64,000 bases of DNA. Origin: an uncultured Isosphaeraceae bacterium. GTDB taxonomy: Bacteria > Planctomycetota > Planctomycetia > Isosphaerales > Isosphaeraceae. This document shows positions 28,201 through 35,986 of this stretch, piece by piece (the first letter of the stretch is position 1; the number at the start of each line of letters is the position of its first letter). Made by a program: the position numbers and the translations under genes. The notes beneath the pieces were generated by a model, which made no database searches, had not been told where the DNA came from, and worked only from the letters and a program-made list of their open reading frames with translations. The stretch is from assembly GCA_964599655.1 (NCBI GenBank), contig CAZRGV010000002.1, forward strand, positions 44,983-108,982, given 5' to 3'.

Positions 28201-28930
28201 AGCCGCCGCCGAAATTGCCCCCGTTGGTGAAATGGCCGTTGCCGCCGCCGGAGACGGACTGGATGAGGAATCGGGAACCGGCCGTGCCTCGGACCAGGAA
28301 CTTGGCATAATCGGCGGCGGACCCGATGTAATTGTTGCTGATCTGCCAGGTCCAGCGGGTGGTCGTTGGACTGGCGGCCTGGGTGGCATCAAACAGGATT
28401 TTCCCGTTGCCGTTGCCCGTGACCGTGACGCCGTTGGCCTGAACCACGTTGCCACGCAGGGTCAACGTGACGCCGGGATTGATGGTCAGGTTGGCGTTGA
28501 GGATCAAGGCCGTCGCCCCAGCGTTCGACGAGCCAAGATCGGCATTGGTATCGAGCGTGACGGCATGCCCGACCGTGACCGTGTCCCCTGTTCTGGGCAC
28601 GGTTCCAGAGAGCCAGATGGTCGGATCCGACCAGTTTCCTGATTGTACTGTTTGTTGGTTAATCATAAAACGATTCTGTTTAATGTGAGGTTTTAAAGGT
28701 GTTTCCAAATGCGATCGTACAATTTGCGGAGCTTCGGACAGTGGATTCGATTGCTCCCCGGAACGGGCAACCGGCACCTCGGGACCTGGATGCCGACGGA
28801 CCAAGGAAAACATCAGTACAGCCGCCGTGACGATCAATCCAAATGGCAAGAGTCGTCCCCACACGGAACGCAACCGACGGCGAGCGGAATGGCCGGATCC
28901 AGGAGGCTGTGTGGGTCGGTGATTCATCAC
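22226..28930 (-). CDS. Giant (2234 aa) N-terminally anchored, repeat-rich surface protein: two parallel-beta-helix-like modules, six ~90-aa Ig-like modules, central domain carrying GGSGY repeats
   Basis: Single uninterrupted ORF. Signal-anchor RLLPFGLIVTAAVLMFSLV. Module starts are QSGNWSDPTIW (28613-28645) and KSGDWSDPTVW (24536-24568). Six repeats follow the pattern Y.LTGP..FTV.L..LSDGGAGGTF.P..L....ATFTYTP. T/S/G/N-rich composition typical of secreted beta-rich proteins. Confidence 0.85.
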   Translation of the reverse strand: MMNHRPTQPPGSGHSARRRLRSVWGRLLPFGLIVTAAVLMFSLVRRHPGPEVPVARSGEQSNPLSEAPQIVRSHLETPLKPHIKQNRFMINQQTVQSGNWSDPTIWLSGTVPRTGDTVTVGHAVTLDTNADLGSSNAGATALILNANLTINPGVTLTLRGNVVQANGVTVTGNGNGKILFDATQAASPTTTRWTWQISNNYIGSAADYAKFLVRGTAGSRFLIQSVSGGGNGHFTNGGNFGGGWVDAEYGDFLRIGDSSTLPFASNSENRDGVLRLDHCRLINCGQVSHANTTGTAIPVANGAATFQVNACSFLRSLAATELNATASAALTTGTWAVTNNDFDQAVTLQSAFTISGNTYRSAWTLNGASQSATAGPYPALSYAFSGPSTLVRGSASSNYMVALADGTTSAGDAITLSDGSAGGSFSPASLSLSTASPSATFTYTPAVTGPITLSAVDANGLWIETSSIHATATTPATTYNLTGPATLTALAGQPSENFTVALPAYTTVSGTLNVTLSDGGAGGTFTPGSVGLTSASPAATFTYTPASGASAGQSIPISVTNDGGLANPASVTLTIASPVTTYTLTGPTSGDVAAASGNFTVTLGSGAISGSLTFTPAASNGDGSFSPSSVTLTNSNRSATFTYSPTLYGSRTISTTNSGGLPNPSPVPFLGMVQIGKSDNWSYNGSPSPSLGGFDMLTFGYLADLKRDVTSDPVDPNSDIYIQRLAGTTIGLNFSASTANGGNTAYGMPYNVVRGDTPTLPLVLGAYGPESEPGPVPWPASGMVFEGIAGNLPTPNAAPTDGSDHHNFVFVRDEATGGVSDVWEYYQSYYPGDGQWYSSGGAKWNLKALAGASTNNPATARCVVTGGVVTSVTLLTGGSGYTEPPQVYIQGGSGKGAQVTATVSGGSVTSLTLVDGGSGYDTQSYVSFGGPRLDGATSGDAAGLPMVALCAHYDQVASGDIGHALRFTVDAYKTVDPATATATITGGVVTGLTLTHGGSGYLNPPAVTITGDGTGAAATATVDGSGHVNGLNLTSGGSGYTTATVSFSGLPLSRSKYIFPARHTAYSGSSTEGLPFGTRLRLTSAWYAANAANFTGQARPIVDAMRTYGLILADLGGTLRIDGTNDSRWVQSDLNQLTTIPAAAFEVLKIEPDITITGPSSIAAGQSGTYTIQYQPASDSHFGAYIYVYYDTVPTVDSANRVPIGTYSITDTNRTQTFTFTPPSAGTWYLGWFNTVSDHLMSPFAKVTAGSGAATTFSLTPPNPASGIVGQVSQPFTVAPNGSFTGTMTLSDGGAGGTFTPTSLTWNNSAASMAFSYTPASVGSITITVTDSSGTLSPSTQTASYTSNVLAVKDYTLTGPSTGTVGVASSNFTVTLGTGTLANTLRITPDSGGAGGTFTPAYLDLTNTTRSGAFSYTAASAGTVTISTTNNGNLTNPAALTYQAAGVSRQATTLKSGDWSDPTVWDTGIVPGAGDTATINHNLTITTNQTIGTSGAAGTFELTCATGTLTIKNGAVLTLRGDATFGQYNPAAVLYPLTIEAGSGIEFDPPSGQRYKINVATDSQLNINGTSASRAFIRTKAGAAGLNGYITGSYAMRSCAVSAAYCDFTRLGDSGTAAIEPILDSSRAVFRLDHCTFETCGPITVSPNDPGVTLSINQSIWKNSAAAYTVQFGATTTPTGTWAVTGCYFDKGLQAAGDCRGISFTGGNFITDGLIGVSGGYNPCVTMSDFFLYRKTDGSEHIWPGPSSNGYVFGDSYGGTGPEYNAHMTNIGIFGANYSDIIFDAMYSQRGKAFIVSGPTSGPLVVSSIRNCITLPNAAGGAFGTLAAGGGTDYLDLILEHNTVYTSFGNTTERDCCYLGETYFGHANQYESVKSNIAWSRTSNAGFLFSRSADSAVQDLVSAANLDYNCLFNQSGAARDLNGTNSMFTSGTPQTHGVVADPQFVDDSRNLATFATGYLGRTAGTAWVPSGQAYSVGDIVSHSNASVYGNRSINYRCIQAHTSGVGNDEPGTSAASFAYWELQSLYEIRNAVQTGLTINDASLGLSNSSYPSALVAWTKAGFAPRNTALQAAHDAGSPTTPAGAWIGAVQGQAVVAAVTSYDLGAPSPSSGRVGKPSSPFTVTLGSGTLTGSVRITPSVSNGSGSFSPAFLDLTDTTRSGAFTFTPSSLGTCTIACTNSQALLDPPNVTYTSSKNGPRRSLLPRRRGESRQRTAWPQRPSQPSSRPFQRKPRSR

Positions 28931-29475
28931 GAAGCGTTCCCAACGTTGTCCGCCACGCGTGCCCAGACCAGTCGGATCGCGCCGATTCTATCGCCTATTC
29001 CGACCCTGGGATCGCCCCGATCGAAATGTGGAGGATTCCCAGGGCTCCAGAGGAGGAACTTCTCGAGCCAAGGACAGGGCCCGACGGCGAACCTTCCCGG
29101 CTGGCAAGCGACAAACCGGGTCCCTGTCGGGTTGTCCCGCGTCTGATCTCTTTCCGTCTGATACTATCGAGGCGGAGGCTGGATCGATTCGGATTATTTT
29201 TTGAATTTCGGAGCCGAGGGCGTTGCAAGTCGGGCATCACGCGAGCATGAGATCGAGGGGCGAGCAACGCGTTGGGAAGGGATTGTGCCCAGACAAGGCG
29301 CGAGGAAGGTGGTTGGTCCCGACCCTGTCGCCTCCGGCGCAAGAGGCCACAGTCGGTCATTCGACCCCATCGGGCTCGCAAAGGGAATCGCGCGAGGTTT
29401 GAGGTGGAAGCCTTCGAGCGTGATGAGCCAGATGTCGACATGGCTCCTTGGAGAGATCCAATCAAATCACGTCGG

Positions 29476-30207
29476 TCAGGAGGTCGATTCGGATGTGACC
29501 CCATCCGCCGGACTCGTTGGTACCCCGAACCACTTGCACGAACGATCGCAAGGAATCCCGAAGATCTTGGTTGCCGTGGCCAGGATAATTCGGGCGTCCA
29601 GATCCAGATTCATGGAGCGCACATAGTGCAGGTCGCACGCGAGCTTGCGTTCGACAGCGGCAATATCGGTATCCGCCGGAAGCTGGACCTGGGCCAGACC
29701 CGTGATCCCGGGACGAATCACCAGACGATCCCGATAGCCAGGAATCACCTGCTGCAACTCGCGAACGAACTCGGGACGTTCGGGCCGGGGTCCCACCAGG
29801 CTCATCTCACCCCGAAGAACATTCCAGAGCTGGGGCAGCTCATCCAGATGGCTCGCCCGGAGGAAGCGGCCGAAGGGAGTGATTCGCGGATCGTCTTCCG
29901 TCGCCCATCGCGGACCGGTCTGTCGCTCGCAGTCGTGTTGCATCGATCGCAGTTTGAACATCGTGTAACGCCGGCCGTGACGGCCAAGACGCACCTGCGC
30001 GTAAATGGCCGGGCCAGGGGAAGTCCACTTCACGAGAATCATCAGTACGAGGATCAAGGGACTCAGCAGGACCAGCAGCATGGCGGCGAAGACCACGTCA
30101 AGTGTCACCTTCAAGGGGCCATACCACATGGCAGACGGCGACACGACGACGTTGTCGGTCATCACCCGTGTAACACTTTGTGAGGGAGCTTCAATCTTGG
30201 TAAACAT
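29476..30207 (-). CDS. Polyprenyl-phosphate sugar-phosphate transferase (Bac_transf family, priming glycosyltransferase)
   Basis: [85 protein letters not shown]. The ORF extends to 30444, but that extension is AT-rich and atypical, so the start was set at ATG 30207. Confidence 0.8.
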   Translation of the reverse strand: MFTKIEAPSQSVTRVMTDNVVVSPSAMWYGPLKVTLDVVFAAMLLVLLSPLILVLMILVKWTSPGPAIYAQVRLGRHGRRYTMFKLRSMQHDCERQTGPRWATEDDPRITPFGRFLRASHLDELPQLWNVLRGEMSLVGPRPERPEFVRELQQVIPGYRDRLVIRPGITGLAQVQLPADTDIAAVERKLACDLHYVRSMNLDLDARIILATATKIFGIPCDRSCKWFGVPTSPADGVTSESTS

Positions 30208-30481
30208 ATTCCCCTCGAAACACGCCGGTTTCGATGTGTATGGAATCACCTTTGGTGCACAACCAACCGCCGCGTTGCCCAGAAGTCGACATCCCGATTT
30301 CAGAGTTCCGCCGAAAACGTGGTTCCGTCTGATGCACGCAGTATTGCTCGAAACCAGGACAATGCTACCAAGCCTACGTCGCATTTCAACGAAAATATTT
30401 CGCAATAGATCGAAAAAGTTTTCCAGCGCTTGACCGCATTGCACGAAACCGTGGTCTTTTCACACTATCACTGGTTTGTCC

Positions 30482-31795
30482 TCAAAGGTTGACGGCTGAG
30501 CTGGACCAACGAGAATTCTGTCGCTCCTCGGCTCGAAGGAAGGCGCGCTCGCGTTCCAGGCGGGTTTGTTCGTAGAGGTCGATGTAAAGCTGCTCCTCGA
30601 CGGCCGAGAACTCCTGATCGCGCCGCCCCTTGACGATTCGGGCGGTGGCGAACATTTGGTCCAGGGGGAAGCCCGGGGCCACTCGGCCGTAGAGCACCGC
30701 CGCGAACGACGGCACGTGCTTCGGCAGTAACGGGCCGGCCGGCAACACGTTGCACATCACCCCGATCGACGTCCCCGTGTTGAGCATCGTTCCCAGGCCG
30801 GTCCGCGTGTGGTCGCCGATGAAGCAGCCCACCTTGGCCTGGCCGGTCGCGATCGGGTCCCCTTGCAACGGGACTCGCACCTCGCCGTAGTCGTTGCGGA
30901 GGTCGCTGTTGGAGGTGATCGCCCCCAGGTTCACCCACTCGCCGACGTAGGCGTGGCCCAGAAACCCCTCGTGATACTTGTTGGTGTGGCCGTGGACGAT
31001 CGAGGCCTCGACCTCGCCGCCGATCCGGCAGTTTGGTCCCAGGGTCACGCCGCCCCGCAGGTTGGCGCGGAAGAGCTGGGTCCCCGGGCCGATGAAGCAA
31101 GGCCCTTCGATCCGGGTAAACGGCTGGACCAGGGCCCCGGCGGCGATGGTGATCGGCCCGTTGGTCGTGTCGAGCACGGTGTACGGATCGAGCCGGGCCG
31201 TCTCGTGCACGAACAGCCGGTCCGCGGGACCGACGAGTGTCAGGTTGGTCCGATGGTGGTCGGCGACGTCCGAGCCGCCCAGGGTGGCGAAGTCTCGCGC
31301 CAGGTGGTCGGCATTCCTGGAAATCAAATCCCAGGGATGATGAATCCATTCCCCTCCGACATCCAGGCACTTCACCTCGCTGGCTACCTCCTCGAGCCAG
31401 GCGTCGAGGCCGGAAAACCCGAGCGCGGCCGCCAACTCTCGGCCCACCTGGGCACAAGCAGGCTGGCCGTCACAGAGGCCGAGCCAGGAATCGCCGTCAG
31501 GGATCTCGAAATCCGTCGAGGGTATCCATCGAGCGTTGGCGACAACCAGAGGTCCTTGCCCCATCCAGTCGGCATCGTTGACCACCAACGTCGGTGGTTG
31601 AGACCGCCGCGCACTCGCAAGATAGGGCCGGATCAGCGCTCCCACTTCGACGGCGGTTGACGACCCGGTCCCGAAGGCGTCCACGATCTTCTGCCCAATC
31701 GTCCTCGCTCCCAGGCGGAGGTCAAACGCGGGACGGGTCAGAGTGAGGGGCTCAAGGCCGGCAACGGCATGGTCTTCGACCAGGCAGAGACGCAT
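30482..31795 (-). CDS. GlmU-like protein: degenerate N-terminal nucleotidyltransferase-like domain + C-terminal left-handed beta-helix
   Basis: C-terminal GPNCRIGGEVEASIVHGHTNKYHEGFLGHAYVGEWVNLGAITSNSDLRNDYG LbH repeats. The N-terminus MRLCLVEDHAVAGLEPLTLTRP lacks the GxGTRL motif. Start reset to ATG 31795, because the 555-aa ORF would overlap the EEP gene. Confidence 0.65.
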   Translation of the reverse strand: MRLCLVEDHAVAGLEPLTLTRPAFDLRLGARTIGQKIVDAFGTGSSTAVEVGALIRPYLASARRSQPPTLVVNDADWMGQGPLVVANARWIPSTDFEIPDGDSWLGLCDGQPACAQVGRELAAALGFSGLDAWLEEVASEVKCLDVGGEWIHHPWDLISRNADHLARDFATLGGSDVADHHRTNLTLVGPADRLFVHETARLDPYTVLDTTNGPITIAAGALVQPFTRIEGPCFIGPGTQLFRANLRGGVTLGPNCRIGGEVEASIVHGHTNKYHEGFLGHAYVGEWVNLGAITSNSDLRNDYGEVRVPLQGDPIATGQAKVGCFIGDHTRTGLGTMLNTGTSIGVMCNVLPAGPLLPKHVPSFAAVLYGRVAPGFPLDQMFATARIVKGRRDQEFSAVEEQLYIDLYEQTRLERERAFLRAEERQNSRWSSSAVNL

Positions 31796-32078
31796 AATTG
31801 TCTCCTCTCCAGGCAATCGTTGCCTGGCGCTAGGGAACCGCCAGCAGGGTTGGCTGCATGGTTCGCCTGGACAACCCCTCGGTGGTCTCGTGGACCGTCG
31901 AAACCACTCTTTCCAGAGCACAAAGACCGTGCCTGGCGACACACAGTCATGATCGATGCCAACTTCGGCATGATCGACATCTCGGGGGGGAAACGCTGAC
32001 TGCGCCACCAACGACAACTTCAGCGTAAATTGTGAACGACCCGCGCTCAATAGGTTGATTCGGTCTTGTTTCGTTATT

Positions 32079-33116
32079 TCATCGCTCGAATCGAAGGCGC
32101 CGAAGATCCGCCAGCACCGGACGATGATCCGAGCCAACATCGGGTCCAACCCAACAGCGAAGAACCTCCCAGCCCGATCGGGTCAGAATGTGGTCGATCC
32201 GAAGACCATGCCAGCGACTGAACCAGGTCGATCCATAACCAACGCCGGCCTCGGAAAACGCGTCGCCGTAACGCGACCAGAACCGCCTGTAAATGGCACT
32301 CTCGCAGGGCAAGTTGAAATCGCCCGCCAGGATCAATGGCCCCTGGGTGTCGCTCACCCAGCGACTCGCGGCCTTTGACTCTCGAACCCGTCGTTCCGTG
32401 TTGGCCTCCAGCACCGCCGCCCCCTGGAAGGGATTCTGGACTATCGCGTACAAACCTTCCCGAATCGAAACAAAATGCACATTGACGAGAGGAATCGACT
32501 CGCCAAAAACGCGCACGCGGTATCGGACGACAGGTTGATCGGACAACGGCTCGACCTCCTGGATCGGATAACGGCTTGCCAGGCAAAACTCGCCAACGAT
32601 TCGGAGATGCCAGTCGCGGGGCGGAAAGAGGGCCGATGCCTGCAATCCGTCCGGCCATTCCTGCAACATCACAAGATCCGGACCCGTCGAGGCCACAAGG
32701 TCGGCGAGCGCACGCTGATTCAGGTCGGAACGCCGCACGTTACAGGTCAAAACCCGGATCGTGAACGTCGACCGTGCCCCGGACGGCAACCAGGTTCGCC
32801 AGGGAAAACAGAACCCCATGACGGGTCCAGCGACCACGGCCAGGGCCGTCAACAAGATCAAGAGCGATCGCTTGCGGCGCAAGGCGGCCCACGGAATCCA
32901 TGCAATGAGGGGCACCATCCAGATCCATTTTGGCCCAAAAAGCAGGACGGTCGCCGGCCACCAGCGATCACCCAGTCCCCCTTGAAGACCCCAAAGGATT
33001 ACCGCGGCAATCAGAAAGAACCAACTCGCCGAGACCATCCACAAGTCGATTCCTCCCAGGAACATCGGGACGCTTCGCTTGCCGTCTCGCAACGGAATGC
33101 TCTTTCCCGCCATCAA
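32079..33116 (-). CDS. Membrane-anchored endonuclease/exonuclease/phosphatase (EEP) family protein
   Basis: About 3-4 N-terminal TM segments, then IRVLTCNV, PDLVMLQEW, LAGDFNL and LRIDHIL..GSDHRPVLADL, the conserved EEP catalytic motifs. Confidence 0.75.
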   Translation of the reverse strand: MMAGKSIPLRDGKRSVPMFLGGIDLWMVSASWFFLIAAVILWGLQGGLGDRWWPATVLLFGPKWIWMVPLIAWIPWAALRRKRSLLILLTALAVVAGPVMGFCFPWRTWLPSGARSTFTIRVLTCNVRRSDLNQRALADLVASTGPDLVMLQEWPDGLQASALFPPRDWHLRIVGEFCLASRYPIQEVEPLSDQPVVRYRVRVFGESIPLVNVHFVSIREGLYAIVQNPFQGAAVLEANTERRVRESKAASRWVSDTQGPLILAGDFNLPCESAIYRRFWSRYGDAFSEAGVGYGSTWFSRWHGLRIDHILTRSGWEVLRCWVGPDVGSDHRPVLADLRRLRFER

Positions 33117-33415
33117 GCGTCGGATTCCTCTGGCGATGAGCCGCCTCGCCTTTTCATCGAGGCAACCTCACGAAAAAGATTCGGACAAGGTCAAACCATA
33201 GTAATCAAAGCGGAGCTAAAAGACCTATGGTTTCCTTGTCCCTCACGCCCCCCGACGCCGGTGTCGCGGGAAGGATCCGCCTTGAGTTCGCTGCCGGGGG
33301 TTTTTCGTCTATGATTCTTTTTGAGTCTGGCGCGTCATGTCCTGACACGATGGACCTACGGCCTCGCGTTCCGATCGCGGACGATCTGATCCGGCGCTCC
33401 TGATCCGAGGTATCC

Positions 33416-33913
33416 ATGCTCGACGAGAACGCTCTTCGGCGAAACGGTTTCCGCCAAGGCACGACGATCCTTCTGGCGGATGGCCAGGCGTGGACCTTTC
33501 CCTCGCCTCCGGAGCCGGATGCCGTCGGCGAAGAGGGCTTTGATCCTGGTTACGCCGAGGTGCTTGCCGCCATCATGGAGTCGGAGGATCGATCCGATCT
33601 TCTCCGCGCCGAGCTTGCCCTGGCCATCTGCCTGCTTGGCCAGAATTACGAACTGGGGCCGTTTGAGTATCGTTGCTTGCTGCGCTGCCCGTCCGACAGC
33701 CCGGTTTTGGCCCGGATGCAGCAGGCCTTTCATCAGCTCGCTCTCGATCATTGCCGCCCGCTCGGATCTCCGTCGAACACCGATCCAGAAGGGAAAAATC
33801 CCGAACGCTCCCGGTCGAGACGACACCACGACCGTCACGCCGAGAAAGACCAAGGCGCCGATCGTTGCCACATCGCCGATCCCATCGAGGTTATCCGCGG
33901 CTCGCGCGCGTGA
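33416..33913 (+). CDS. Hypothetical protein (165 aa), no family recognised
   Basis: Acidic, protein-like composition and GC-biased third positions. Preferred over the overlapping Arg-rich 230-aa minus ORF. No motifs recognised. Confidence 0.35.
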   Translation: MLDENALRRNGFRQGTTILLADGQAWTFPSPPEPDAVGEEGFDPGYAEVLAAIMESEDRSDLLRAELALAICLLGQNYELGPFEYRCLLRCPSDSPVLARMQQAFHQLALDHCRPLGSPSNTDPEGKNPERSRSRRHHDRHAEKDQGADRCHIADPIEVIRGSRA

Positions 33914-33938
33914 CGCCTCGACCGGTCGGAGGCGGACT

Positions 33939-34499
33939 TTACGCCCGCTCGACCTGCCAGTCCTGGAGCTCCACCGACGCGCCTCGACCGAGAAAATGCA
34001 CGGACGCCACGAACTCGTCCCGCTTGTCGCGACGGACGACGACTCCAACCAGCCCGGTCAAGGGTCCGCTCACAATCCGAATCAACGTTCCCACCGGGTT
34101 GCTGGGCTCGGGAACCACCGTCAGGCCCGATGAGAGCATCTGGTGAATCTGGCGAAGGTCCCGATCCAGGCCGGTCTGGTCAGGAACGGTCAGCACCTTG
34201 ACCAAAGTATTCTTCTTGAGACTTTCGATACGATCCTGCTCGTCGCCGAGCAGGAACAGGTAGCTGGTGAACAGGGGCACGATCGATCGGATTTTCCGAC
34301 CCCCCGGAGTCCGGCTCTCTTGGATCACCAAGGGCAGATAATACGAGAGCCCCCGAGAGCGCAAGTGGCGGGCGGTGGCCTTCTCCTGGCGAGGCTTCGT
34401 GTGCAGGCACCACCACTTCAGACCCGCTTCCGGTTTCAGGGTCGGCTGGTCCCAGAGGTCCGGAGGATACAGCTCCGGTTCGGCGGGAAGAATCGGCAT
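33939..34499 (-). CDS. NusG-family transcription antiterminator paralog (RfaH/UpxY/LoaP-like)
   Basis: NGN-like WWCLHTKPRQEKATARHLRSRGLSYYLPL..IVPLFTSYLFL and a KOW-like GTLIRIVSGPLTGLVGVVV segment. 186 aa, at the upstream end of the glycan array. Confidence 0.8.
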   Translation of the reverse strand: MPILPAEPELYPPDLWDQPTLKPEAGLKWWCLHTKPRQEKATARHLRSRGLSYYLPLVIQESRTPGGRKIRSIVPLFTSYLFLLGDEQDRIESLKKNTLVKVLTVPDQTGLDRDLRQIHQMLSSGLTVVPEPSNPVGTLIRIVSGPLTGLVGVVVRRDKRDEFVASVHFLGRGASVELQDWQVERA

Positions 34500-34908
34500 C
34501 GTCTGGCCCCTGACGCGGCTCAGTCAAACCCCACACCCATGGTTGACAACGCGCGAGGATTCTCGGAAAAATTGATCCGATTCCTCCGTACCCGTCGGAA
34601 GTTCGCGAGAACCATCGTATCAGACCTGCCCAGGGTTGACGAAGTGCCGCCCTCGGCCCCTGGCTCTCGGGACACCTGTCCAGGCCAGGTTCGCCGCCAA
34701 CCGGGCCAACAAGGAACCACGAGACTGTCGTTGCGGAAATCGCCCGGGTTTTGGTAGACCCTCCTCTGCCGAGCCGGCACGGACGTGTCCCCCGATCAAG
34801 TACCGACCTCGGTCCAGGAATCGGGACCGGCCGCCGCGTCCACCGATCCGAGAAACGCCGTGGCCAACCCATGGCCCCGCTCTTCCCCATCGGCCCGAGA
34901 ATCCACTC

Positions 34909-35985
34909 ATGCTCTCAACGATTCTCGTTACCGGAGGCGCCGGCTTCATCGGCGGTTGCTTCGTCCGTCAGTTGATCAACGAACAAACGGTCCGGGTCAT
35001 CAACCTGGACAAGCTCACCTACGCCGGCAATCTCGACTCGCTCTCGGCGGTCCTGGAGCACCCACGGCACACCTTCGTCCAGGGGGACATCACCGATTCA
35101 ACGCTCGTGTCGGAGCTGCTGCGGGCCCATCGGCCGTCGGCGATCGTCCACTTCGCGGCCGAGTCGCACGTCGACCGCTCGATCGACGGGCCAAGGGCAT
35201 TCCTGGAGACCAATGTCGTCGGCACCTTCGAGCTGTTGATCGCCGCTCGGAGGCACTGGGAGTCGCTCGACGGCGAGCCACGACAGAACTTCCGGTTCCT
35301 CCACGTCTCGACCGACGAGGTCTACGGCTCGCTCGGACCCATCGGCAAGTTCACCGAGACGACCCCCTATGACCCTCATTCCCCTTACTCGGCCTCGAAG
35401 GCGGCCTCCGACCACTTCGTTCGCGCCTTCCACCATACCTACGGTCTGCCGACGCTGATCACCAACTGCTCGAACAACTACGGTCCGTACCAGTTCCCCG
35501 AGAAACTGATCCCGCTGATGATCCTCAACGCCCTGGAGGGTAAGCCGCTACCGGTCTACGGTGACGGTCAGAACGTGCGGGACTGGCTCTACGTGGAAGA
35601 CCACTGCCGGGCTCTCTGGCGGGTGCTCGAGGCGGGTCGGCCCGGCCAGACGTACAACGTCGGTGGCAACAGCGAACGCGCCAACCTTCAGGTCGTCGAG
35701 ACGATCTGCGACCTCGTCGACGCCCTTCGACCGGGCCTTCCGCACGCCCCCTGCCGCTCCTTGATCGCGTTCGTCAAGGATCGGCCCGGCCACGACCGCC
35801 GCTATGCCATCGACGCGACCAAGATCGAGCGAGAACTCGGCTGGACGCCCCAGCTCGCCTTCGAGGCTGGCCTGGAACGGACGGTCCGTTGGTATCTGGA
35901 CCATCCGCAATGGATCGAGCGGGTCACCTCCGGTTCCTACCGCCGAGAGCGGCTGGGCCTGGGCGTCACCCGGGGAGAGACCTGA
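34909..35985 (+). CDS. rfbB: dTDP-glucose 4,6-dehydratase
   Basis: [60 protein letters not shown]. Start set at ATG 34909; the ORF-track extension from 34636 is Arg/Pro junk. Confidence 0.9.
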   Translation: MLSTILVTGGAGFIGGCFVRQLINEQTVRVINLDKLTYAGNLDSLSAVLEHPRHTFVQGDITDSTLVSELLRAHRPSAIVHFAAESHVDRSIDGPRAFLETNVVGTFELLIAARRHWESLDGEPRQNFRFLHVSTDEVYGSLGPIGKFTETTPYDPHSPYSASKAASDHFVRAFHHTYGLPTLITNCSNNYGPYQFPEKLIPLMILNALEGKPLPVYGDGQNVRDWLYVEDHCRALWRVLEAGRPGQTYNVGGNSERANLQVVETICDLVDALRPGLPHAPCRSLIAFVKDRPGHDRRYAIDATKIERELGWTPQLAFEAGLERTVRWYLDHPQWIERVTSGSYRRERLGLGVTRGET

Positions 35986-35986
35986 G

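Noticed and set aside
22661-28642. Very long plus-strand ORFs (746 aa at 22661-24901 and 966 aa at 25742-28642) antisense to the giant gene
   Set aside because: Their translations are Arg/Gly/Asp/Pro-rich low-complexity strings with no motifs. The minus-strand frame is uninterrupted for 2234 codons and shows organised repeats and a signal anchor. Long antisense ORFs are expected in GC-rich DNA.
33356-34048. 230-aa minus-strand ORF between the EEP gene and the NusG paralog
   Set aside because: It has Arg-rich junk-like composition, overlaps the 3' end of the NusG paralog in another frame, and competes with a more protein-like plus-strand ORF. Neither ORF has recognisable motifs, so the plus-strand ORF is reported only at low confidence.
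33117-34908. E. coli-type ops element (GGCGGTAG) or JUMPStart in the leaders near the NusG paralog
   Set aside because: No exact match was seen by eye in these leaders. A paralog-specific recruitment signal may differ, so its absence is not informative.
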